NCBI GenBank assembly: GCA_026936335.1 | Contig: JAPMXV010000060.1 | Location: forward strand, 124,001 to 188,000 | DNA: 64,000 bases | DNA from: Mantamonas sphyraenae STR306 | Lineage: Eukaryota; Protista; CRuMs | Reading direction: 5' to 3' | Part shown: piece after piece, positions 1 to 8,028 of the stretch | Layout: each line of letters opens with the position of its first letter | How positions within the stretch are numbered: position 1 is the stretch's first letter | Position numbers and translations under genes: made by a program | The notes under the pieces: model-generated | What the model was told of the DNA's origin: nothing | The model's database searches: none | Seen by the model: only the letters and a program-made list of their open reading frames with translations

Positions 1-1151
1 CGGGTGGCAGTGCGTTGAACACGCGTGTGTGGACACAGATGCAACGCGGGCAGTTTGGCAGCGCACATGCCCCCGGCCCGGCAGTGCCCTCGTTGCTGCT
101 CTCCATGCGTCACGACGGCGTGCTCAGCATGGCCTTTGTGCGCAAACTGTGGCAATTGGTGAGCAAGCTGGTGTCGCATCTGGCCATGACACTGTTCCTG
201 GTGCCTGTAGGCGGCACAACTCAGGGCATTATGGAAGCCATGCGCTATGCCCTCGTGGGCACTGTGGTCGGGTATGTGGTGGGCCATGTCATCCAATCGC
301 ACCTTCCGCAAGTGCTCCAGACTCAATTGGGGGACAGCAACAGCAGTGTGTTGTGGACACTGGTGGGCACCTTTGCCATGCTGGGCTGGCAGTTTGGCAT
401 CCGTGCTGGCATTGCACGTGCCTCGGAATACGCCGGTCAGTTGGGTGCCTGGATTTGGGGCGGCACAGGCTTGCAAGACACCGTGTCTGCCCTCATGGGC
501 CACCTGGCAACTCTGTTTGCCGGGGGAGAGGCTGCGGATGCCGTGTGGGTACCGCAAACACATTCGTCGCAAGGAGGACAGGCGGCAGCAGGAGAGGAGA
601 AGGACAGGATGGCAGTGGGTGACAAGGCCATGGTGGCGTCGCTCAACAAACTGGCCGGTTGGAGTGCCGGCTTGGTGGAACAGCTTGTACAATTGCCTGC
701 ACTGGCTGCGGGTTTGGGCATGGATGCGCTGGTGGACCAGCTGCCACGATTGCTGGAATTGGGCAGGTTTGTGCAGGAGTATGTGGAGGTGTGGCAAGAC
801 AAGATCAGCACCGGAGTAATGAGCATGCCCGAACAGCTGGTGGACATTGCTGGGCAATTGCAAGACGCATTGCCCATTGTCTCCTCCCTCATCGACAACT
901 TTTCGTGGGAGGACATGGACGAAGGTGAGACTGTGTTGGGGGCTGTCAGCAGACAGGTGGCTCAGGTGCTTCGGGCCTCGTGGGGAGGCTGGAGTCAGCC
1001 CCTCCTCAGCGCACTCGGTGTCTTTGTCGCCACCCTCTGGTTCATGGCCAGCAGCACACAGGACAGACTCGCCACGTGGCGGGGCACAAGCAAGCTCGTA
1101 TTGCTCAGTCGCGTGGAGAAGCGAGACACAATGATGTTGGCAAAATTGTGA
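1..1151 (+). CDS. Hypothetical multi-pass membrane protein, 5' end probably outside the window
   Basis: ORF 15..1151 has no ATG at its start and runs toward the window edge. It has several hydrophobic stretches (ALVGTVVGYVVGHVI, VLWTLVGTFAMLGWQFGI, LLSALGVFVATLWFMA). No family recognised. Confidence 0.6.
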   Translation, partial: GGSALNTRVWTQMQRGQFGSAHAPGPAVPSLLLSMRHDGVLSMAFVRKLWQLVSKLVSHLAMTLFLVPVGGTTQGIMEAMRYALVGTVVGYVVGHVIQSHLPQVLQTQLGDSNSSVLWTLVGTFAMLGWQFGIRAGIARASEYAGQLGAWIWGGTGLQDTVSALMGHLATLFAGGEAADAVWVPQTHSSQGGQAAAGEEKDRMAVGDKAMVASLNKLAGWSAGLVEQLVQLPALAAGLGMDALVDQLPRLLELGRFVQEYVEVWQDKISTGVMSMPEQLVDIAGQLQDALPIVSSLIDNFSWEDMDEGETVLGAVSRQVAQVLRASWGGWSQPLLSALGVFVATLWFMASSTQDRLATWRGTSKLVLLSRVEKRDTMMLAKL

Positions 1152-1252
1152 ATGAATGAATTGAACTGCACCCTTGTCTCCCGTGGAAAACAATACACCT
1201 CTGGAGCAGCTGCAGAAGTGTATTTGTGTGTGTGTGTGCGCATCTGCCGGGC

Positions 1253-2191
1253 TCAGATCTCTCCACCGTCCAGTGGTCGGTTGAATCCACCCGGACGGTT
1301 CATGTACTGGCGAATCTTGCGTTTGGACTTGACTTTGGCGCCACTAATGTCTGTGCCAGCTACGTGTTTGCCTCGTGTGGTCTCAAACCCCACAGGAAGG
1401 CCCATCTGGAACATCATCCGCTCCTCGTCAGTCATGGGTCGTGTGCTGCCGTCGGGGTTCTTGACCAGAATGGCATCTGCCTCTGCATCCATCTTCTCCT
1501 GTGCTTCTGCCTCTGCTGCAGCCCTTGCTGCTTCGTCTTCCTCACGCACCCGTCGCTTGCGTCGCTCCTCTTCTTCCCGCTCGTCTTCGTACCGGTACGC
1601 TCTCCTGCGTTCGTACTCTCGCTCATCATCCCGATAGCTGCTGCGGTCTCGTTTCCTGCTGTGATGCTCTCTATCTCTTCCTCCTCCTCCTCCTCCGTAT
1701 CCATCCTGCTCGTGCATGGCTCGTCCAAACTCGTCGACTTGCCGTCTTCCGTCTCGCCTTCCGCCTCCACGTTCTTCCCGTCCATACTCCCGGTAGTCGT
1801 CCCGACGGTATCCGTCGCGTCGATACTCATCGCGTCGATAGTCGTCGCGTCGATAGTCGTCGCGGTAGCCTCGGTCGTAGTCGTCGCGGTAGTCTCGCGG
1901 CCGTCGATCGTACTGCTCCCGGTAGTCTCGCTCATGCCGGCGTGGTGAGCCACGGCGCGGCGGAGAGGACCTCTGTGGATACGAAGAGGAAGACGAGGAT
2001 GAGGATGAGGATGAGGATTGTTGGGGAGGAGGAGGAGGAGGAGGAGCAGACTTGTCTGCTGCTGCCGAAGGGGTCGTGGTTTCCCCTTCTTCAGGCTGCT
2101 CTTGTGCAGACAAGGTGGTGGTGGTAGAAGACACCTGTGGTGTCTCCTCCGGTGGAGGGGGAGGAGGGGGTGGGAGGTCTGTTTGGGACAT
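1253..2191 (-). CDS. SNRNP27: U4/U6.U5 tri-snRNP 27 kDa protein (SNRNP27/DUF1777)
   Basis: R/D/E-rich low-complexity N-terminus followed by the family C-terminus MMFQMGLPVGFETTRGKHV...KRKIRQYMNRPGGFNRPLD. Confidence 0.93.
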   Translation of the reverse strand: MSQTDLPPPPPPPPEETPQVSSTTTTLSAQEQPEEGETTTPSAAADKSAPPPPPPPQQSSSSSSSSSSSSYPQRSSPPRRGSPRRHERDYREQYDRRPRDYRDDYDRGYRDDYRRDDYRRDEYRRDGYRRDDYREYGREERGGGRRDGRRQVDEFGRAMHEQDGYGGGGGGRDREHHSRKRDRSSYRDDEREYERRRAYRYEDEREEEERRKRRVREEDEAARAAAEAEAQEKMDAEADAILVKNPDGSTRPMTDEERMMFQMGLPVGFETTRGKHVAGTDISGAKVKSKRKIRQYMNRPGGFNRPLDGGEI

Positions 2192-2361
2192 TGTGTGGTG
2201 GTTGCACTGGGGCAGGCAACCCTGAACCCACCACCACTCTCTCTTGCTGTGCGTGCCATCCTCCGAGAGAGTTGCTCATCCCCGCCAAGTGGCAAGCAAG
2301 GCAAGTACAATACCCAAACCCAAACTGACACACGCACGCAAGTCAAGCACAGAGGCACAGC

Positions 2362-3789
2362 ATGTCCTCGGCCTCCAAGCTGGATCAGTGGTACGAAGGG
2401 GCTCAGGACTGGCTCAGGGACAGCCAGGTGTGCCTGGTGCTGCTGGGTCGTGGTGTGGGACGGAGTGAGGATCAAATGACCAGCTGGACACCGGAGCGAC
2501 TGGAGAGTGACAAGCGAGCACGTGCGCTGCGCGTTACCCACCGGCAAGTGTGGGACGCCGGCAGCGCCACAGGGAATCCAGAGGTGTTTTATGGCTTCTG
2601 GGGTGCCAGCGTCAATCAGAGTGCACACAAACGTTCGGAATCCGGGTCACAGAACAGCATGAGCACGTGGGAGGCGGTGGGCACTTTGCTCGAACGTTTT
2701 CAGGAACGCAGCCAACGGCACACACAGGAGGGCGGGGGCAAACACCCTCTGGAACAAGCTGGTGTGCGCGTGGCACCAGGAGGAAACAGAGACACACCCA
2801 GAGTGACCAATTGGTCATGCAGTGCCGATGAGAGCCAGGAGGACAAGGAGGACGAGGAATCGCTCACCTTGCAGGATTGCTTCGTGGTCACCAGCCTGCT
2901 GGACACAACGCCATTGACGCCGTACGGAGTCACAGACAAGCGGGTGTACCGTTTGGACGGCAATCAAAGGGAATGGGTGTGCAGCATGCAGTGCAGCGAC
3001 AATGTGTACAGGCTGGCAAGCGGCTACCGTTTCCATGTGGACAACGAGACCTTCTTTGCACCCAAGAGCGGCCCTCAGAAGCCCACCGGCGCAGTGGGTG
3101 AAGACAGGGATGATGCCATGGAGGATGTGGAGGGAAAGGAAGGGGAGGAGCAAGCGGTGGAGGAGACTCCCAATCACACGCCCCCAGGGTACCACCCTGT
3201 GCTGCGACCACACGGAGACATGGAGGAAACCACACGGGGAGGAGACACCATGTCACAGGACGAAGGCGAGGAGGAGGAGGACGCGGAGGGGGAGGATGAA
3301 ACGCCTGTGCGGAGGAACCTGAACGCGTCGTTCGACGCCAGCCAGATGGAGGTGGCCATCGACGTGGACACAAGAGGTAGGCCTGATGCGATCGAAGAAG
3401 AAGAGGAGGATGGGGACACAGAGAAGCGCAACTGGCCAATGTGTCCGGCGTGTGGAGAGCTGCTGCTGCCCAACGTTCGGCTGGAGGGTCACGCGGGGAT
3501 GCAGGAGGACGTGGATGGGTGGAAGGCGTTTGTACAGTGGCAAGTAGAGGTGTTGGGATGGGCAGTGCAGCAGCGCGAGGCCGGGGTGCAGGTGAGCATT
3601 GTGGAGGTGGGTGCGCTGGACGACGAACACCACCTTCGCGTCATCAGCGAAACCGTGCTGATGGAGGCACCCAACAGCAGACTCATACGGATCACAGAGG
3701 AGAGCCCGGCCAATGGCAACCTGGGTCAACGCACAATGAGTCTCAAGACGACGGGATATGCGAAATCTCTGGCGAGGCTGCTGCAATGA
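2362..3789 (+). CDS. Divergent SIR2/sirtuin-fold protein, probably catalytically inactive
   Basis: Sirtuin motifs appear in order but degenerate: VLLGRGVG, FYGFW, FVVTSLLD, RLDG..WVCSMQC, FHVDNET, PMCPACGELLLPNV, IVEVGA, RLIRI. All four Zn-binding Cys are retained. Confidence 0.75.
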   Translation: MSSASKLDQWYEGAQDWLRDSQVCLVLLGRGVGRSEDQMTSWTPERLESDKRARALRVTHRQVWDAGSATGNPEVFYGFWGASVNQSAHKRSESGSQNSMSTWEAVGTLLERFQERSQRHTQEGGGKHPLEQAGVRVAPGGNRDTPRVTNWSCSADESQEDKEDEESLTLQDCFVVTSLLDTTPLTPYGVTDKRVYRLDGNQREWVCSMQCSDNVYRLASGYRFHVDNETFFAPKSGPQKPTGAVGEDRDDAMEDVEGKEGEEQAVEETPNHTPPGYHPVLRPHGDMEETTRGGDTMSQDEGEEEEDAEGEDETPVRRNLNASFDASQMEVAIDVDTRGRPDAIEEEEEDGDTEKRNWPMCPACGELLLPNVRLEGHAGMQEDVDGWKAFVQWQVEVLGWAVQQREAGVQVSIVEVGALDDEHHLRVISETVLMEAPNSRLIRITEESPANGNLGQRTMSLKTTGYAKSLARLLQ

Positions 3790-3812
3790 AGCTCCATTCT
3801 TGTCCCAGCGCA

Positions 3813-6800
3813 TCATCCAAACACACGGACAAGGTTGTCAGCCGAAGCTGTGGCCAAAGCGCGATTTCCGAGGTCGTCGTCGAGAGCGGCCCATTGGCAG
3901 GCTGTGATGGGGCTTGTGTTGTCGCGAACCACGGCAGCTTTGCGTCCCGTGCGCACGTTCCAAATGTACACACCGTGCGCCTGGTCTGCATCATAGTCGC
4001 TGCTGCTGGCACTGTACACGTAGGTGCCCCCGGGGGAGAAAGCGGCCTTGGTGTGCCGCGACGTAAAGTATCCCGGGGAGCCAAACGTGGCAACCGGTCG
4101 GTTTGCATCGCCGCGGATGTCGAGCAGCTGGATGTCGCTCCAGTTGGCACTGGTGGCAAGGATGTAATGGTTGTCCAGCGGATGGATGCACACGCTTGTG
4201 ATGCGTGCATTCTTGGCGTCCTTGAGCTGCATGGTTTGCACCTGTTGCATGGTACGTGTTTTGTACAGGCGCACACAGCCCTTGGTCTGCGAGGCAGCCA
4301 GCAGGGAGCCGTGGGCGTCCAGGGCAAAGTCGGTAAACGGGGCGTTGGAGTTGATGCTGTGTGCGAATCCGTCACCCACCTGGACATCCCACAGCTTCAA
4401 CGAGTAGTCGGAGCTGCATGTGAGCAGTTTGCTGGCATCTGAAGGCAGCCATGCCACACGATGGATGGCATGTGTGTGTGCCTTGCGCAGTGTCATGCGC
4501 GCTTCGCTCTGTGTCCAATCCCACAGTCGCACGCTCTTGTCCATTCCCGTAGACACCAGCAGGTTGGGCTGTGCCGGGTTGAATGCTACAGACGTCACTG
4601 TCTTTGTGTGTCCCGTCAGGGTGCAAACTCGCTGGCCCGCCTGCAGGTCGTACACCTGCACTCGCTTGTCTTCGCCGGACGATGCCAGCACGTAGCTGCG
4701 ATCGTCATACAGCTCTGTGTGCACACACACTGTGCGCGGTGTCTTTGTATGACCACTGAACGTGCGATGCAGCTCGAAGCCACATGCTTCGTCCTCCTCC
4801 GGCACAGGCAGGGCCTCCTTTGCCGCCTGCTTGGATTTGTTTGCCGACCGCGCTGATGTCGTTGATTCGGCGTCCGATTCACCTCCAAACAGCAGTGCCT
4901 TGGGCGATGCGCCTATGCCTGCCTGTGCATGCGCTCCTCGACCCTGCTGCATGCTTGCTGTCGATCCGGGTGTCGATCCGGGCGTGTCCCACCGCTTCTT
5001 GGTGCGCTTCGTCTTGCCCTTGCCCTTGCTGCGATTGCTCTTTACCGATTCTTGGTCATCATGGTCGTCCCCTTCATCTGTATGCATGTCTGAAGTGGTG
5101 GTGGAAGTGGTGTTGGTACGTGTGCCGGATTGTGCTTCCCTGTCCTTCTCATCGCCCTGGTTGACCACACTTGCCGCTGGTGGAGGGGTCGATGGCAGCA
5201 CAAGCTGGGTGGGTTTGTGTTGCAAGCGGAAGCTGCCGTCTTTTGTGCGTTTGGGATACTCTGCCTGGTGCATGGCGCGTGTGGGCGTGTGTGCACTGTG
5301 CGAGTTGTTTGCTGCCACGCTGCCCGGCCGTTCGGGGTCGTTGGAAGCCAAGTCGGTGTCTGCCAAGTCGCGCAGCTGTGCTTCCAGCCGTTGGTAACGC
5401 CTGTGGAAGCGCACGAGGTCATCCACAGCCACGACGTCGCCGTCATCGCCTAAAAAGTATGCCTCCAGAATGTAGGCAAAGAGTGGGTAGGGTGAACGCA
5501 CCACCTTGCGCTTGTTCAACACACTGGCACTGCCTCCGGCTCCTCCCGAGCTGCGCACCATCTCCTTGCGCACGCGTTCGCCCGATTGCCAGAAGCGTGC
5601 CAGCTCCCGTCGCCAGCTCCAGTTGGCATACACGTTGCCACTGGCACTTCCGCCGCCATTCTGGGTGCTGTTGCTTCCTCCTCCGCTGGCCATGATGTCG
5701 GGTTGTTCCACGAGTGCCATGAGGTTGTTCTGATCCTGGGCAAACCACGCGCGGCGCTGAGGATCCTTCTCCAGCAGTTGGTAGCGTCCGATGACACCCA
5801 GCAGCAGCTCCTGAGCCATTTGTGTGCGTCCTTGTTCGATCAGGTGCAGCAATAGGTACTTGTTGAGCACGTACAGCAGATCGTCAAAGGCGCGTTGGAG
5901 GATGAGGTTGCTGGGTGCCTCCTGGCTGACTGTCTGTTGCACAAACTCAATGGCCGCTTCAAACTCGTGCCTGGCCAGCATGCGTCGCAGGGTACGTTCG
6001 TTGCGTCGATGACCACTGCCTCCCTGTGCCTCCCTCTCCAGGGCCTCCACCGTGTCTTTGTAGCCCATGCGCGTGCAGTAGTGGTGCATGGCAGCCACAG
6101 CCACACGATGCACCTCGTCACTGCTCGTCCCTTTGCTGGCAGCCCCGTGGCCACTGGTGTCACTGGTGCTGCTGCCCGATTCGCCCTCCGCGTCGCCCTC
6201 CTCGTCTTCGCCGTCACGAGGCAAAGGGGTGTTTACAGTCTGGCTCATTTGGGCCACTGCGGTCTGTAGGGCGTGGTAGCGTCCGATGGAACGCTCCCTC
6301 TCTGCGAGGCCGTTGTTGGCAAGGCGCATCTTCATGTCTTGGTTGCTCTGACGCAGCAGGAGCACCTCTGCGTTGCTGCGTGTGGCCTCCTGTTGCATGT
6401 GTTTGACACGATTGCGCAACTCCCGGTTGTCGCTGCTCAATTGTTCCACACGCTTGTCCAGCTTGACAATGGTCTCCAGCAACGAGTACTTGTCATCCAC
6501 GGGTGTGGTGCTGCTGCTGATCCTACTTGCTGCGGTCATCATGCTGGTGTTGACATTGTTCGTCGTCGTCGTTGTTGTTGTGGTCGTCCCCGTGTGTGCC
6601 AACAGGCCCTCCTGTGGCACGCCTGTGTCTGCGCTGGCATCAAACTCGGTGCTGATGCGTTTCTCAATCTCGTCCTGCAACAAACGCCGCGCAGACACTT
6701 CTGAAGCCGCCTTTTCGGGCCGGCTCCAGCCACGTCGCTTGCGAGAGGCCACGCTCTTCAGTTGGCGCCGTTTCACGTGTTCGGCCAGATAGGAGCTGGT

Positions 6801-7313
6801 GTGTGAGACGGCGCTTCGTGCGTCATCCAGTGTCACCCCACTGTGCAGCGTGCCATGCCGCTGCGATGACACCCCACTGATCGAAGACACATCACTGGTG
6901 CCTCCTGTGCTGGATGCGGTGCCTGGACGGCGCATCACACGTCCTGCGCTGCTGCCGGGCCGTTCGTGAGCGTTGGCGTGGTTGATGCGCGGCAACGCCG
7001 CCTTGGTCAGCAACGAACGGCTGCTGTGCACGCTTCGCTTGTCGTCGTCGGAAACCAGGGACAGCAGATCTTCAGCAACATCTGGCGTGTCGTCCCACTG
7101 TTGCCTGCGCACCAACGGCCCCACACTGCCGTGCACGACGCGTTTCGCTTCCTGCCGTCCGGCGCGCCGGTCAGGATACTGCGCCTGCACCGCCCTGGAC
7201 GTGTGGTGCACCCGTGGCTGCTGCTGCTGCTGCTGCTGGCCACGGCTCGACGTGCCCGCACTTGCGTTGGACCCGCGTCGTTGGATGACCACCGGTGGTT
7301 TGCGGTGATGCAT
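3813..7313 (-). CDS. Coiled-coil + LisH/CTLH + C-terminal WD40 repeat protein
   Basis: First ATG at 7313 (MHHRKPP). Coiled coil (VKLDKRVEQLSSDNRELR), LisH-like AMHHYCTRMGYKDTVEALERE and CTLH-like LRRMLARHEFEAAIEFV. About 7 WD repeats, e.g. LTGHTKTVTSVAFNP...STGMDKSVRLWDW and TCSSDYSLKLWD. Confidence 0.85.
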   Translation of the reverse strand: MHHRKPPVVIQRRGSNASAGTSSRGQQQQQQQPRVHHTSRAVQAQYPDRRAGRQEAKRVVHGSVGPLVRRQQWDDTPDVAEDLLSLVSDDDKRSVHSSRSLLTKAALPRINHANAHERPGSSAGRVMRRPGTASSTGGTSDVSSISGVSSQRHGTLHSGVTLDDARSAVSHTSSYLAEHVKRRQLKSVASRKRRGWSRPEKAASEVSARRLLQDEIEKRISTEFDASADTGVPQEGLLAHTGTTTTTTTTTNNVNTSMMTAASRISSSTTPVDDKYSLLETIVKLDKRVEQLSSDNRELRNRVKHMQQEATRSNAEVLLLRQSNQDMKMRLANNGLAERERSIGRYHALQTAVAQMSQTVNTPLPRDGEDEEGDAEGESGSSTSDTSGHGAASKGTSSDEVHRVAVAAMHHYCTRMGYKDTVEALEREAQGGSGHRRNERTLRRMLARHEFEAAIEFVQQTVSQEAPSNLILQRAFDDLLYVLNKYLLLHLIEQGRTQMAQELLLGVIGRYQLLEKDPQRRAWFAQDQNNLMALVEQPDIMASGGGSNSTQNGGGSASGNVYANWSWRRELARFWQSGERVRKEMVRSSGGAGGSASVLNKRKVVRSPYPLFAYILEAYFLGDDGDVVAVDDLVRFHRRYQRLEAQLRDLADTDLASNDPERPGSVAANNSHSAHTPTRAMHQAEYPKRTKDGSFRLQHKPTQLVLPSTPPPAASVVNQGDEKDREAQSGTRTNTTSTTTSDMHTDEGDDHDDQESVKSNRSKGKGKTKRTKKRWDTPGSTPGSTASMQQGRGAHAQAGIGASPKALLFGGESDAESTTSARSANKSKQAAKEALPVPEEDEACGFELHRTFSGHTKTPRTVCVHTELYDDRSYVLASSGEDKRVQVYDLQAGQRVCTLTGHTKTVTSVAFNPAQPNLLVSTGMDKSVRLWDWTQSEARMTLRKAHTHAIHRVAWLPSDASKLLTCSSDYSLKLWDVQVGDGFAHSINSNAPFTDFALDAHGSLLAASQTKGCVRLYKTRTMQQVQTMQLKDAKNARITSVCIHPLDNHYILATSANWSDIQLLDIRGDANRPVATFGSPGYFTSRHTKAAFSPGGTYVYSASSSDYDADQAHGVYIWNVRTGRKAAVVRDNTSPITACQWAALDDDLGNRALATASADNLVRVFG

Positions 7314-7360
7314 CGCTCTGCGTTTGCGTCGGCCAGTGCACCTCAAACCCCACTTTCAAG

Positions 7361-7784
7361 ATGCATCTTCGATACTGCGAGGCCTGCGAAAAGTACACCA
7401 TCAAGGTGAGTGATGAGCGAGTGTATAGAGTGTCTTTCTGTGTGTGTGTGTTGTCTCTTGCTGGCCATGAGGAATGCCTGGACGAGGGACGGTGGCACCG
7501 GCAAAGGCAGAGGGTGTGAACTGCATGCCTGCTTGCACCGCCCGCTTTCCGGGCACACACGACTCGTTGGCGATGGCACAGGGCACACATGGGTGGCAGA
7601 CAGGAAGACGCAGAGCATCTGACACATGGGGTCACGTGAGTAGAAGGTGTGCAGCTGCGACGAGGCAACAAGGAGCGCACATCCCGCCCGCTTCAGCCCG
7701 GACGACCAGTATTCGCGTGAGCGCATCACCATCAAGAAGCGTTTTGGCATCCTGCCCACGCAGCAGGAGGAACTGAAGCTTTGA
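7361..7784 (+). CDS. NOP10: H/ACA snoRNP subunit Nop10, join(7361..7405,7644..7784), 61 aa
   Basis: Spliced translation [15 protein letters not shown]|[46 protein letters not shown] contains the Nop10 signature [21 protein letters not shown]. Intron: GTGAGT at 7406, CTGAC branch near 7619, TAG ending 7643. Confidence 0.95.
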
Positions 7785-8028
7785 AAGAGGTGCGACACCT
7801 CGTTGATGTACAGCTGGGCTGTGTGGCCCGTGAAAATGAAAATCATTCATCTGGGAAAAATTGAATACCGTCCCGTCCCGTCCATGACCCACCACCCACA
7901 CACAAGCACACAGTTTTGGAAGGGCCACGGTGTTGAGAGTGGCGTTCAAAGTGGAAATCCGAGTCTGGAATGTTGGAGGGGAGGTGGGTGGCCCGACAGC
8001 GCGCTGAACGCCACATCACAAGCAGCAG

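Noticed and set aside
7941-8013. tRNA-like element (73 nt, GGCGTTC/GAACGCC stem plus A)
   Set aside because: No D-arm, anticodon arm or TTC T-loop on either strand; kept only as an inverted repeat.
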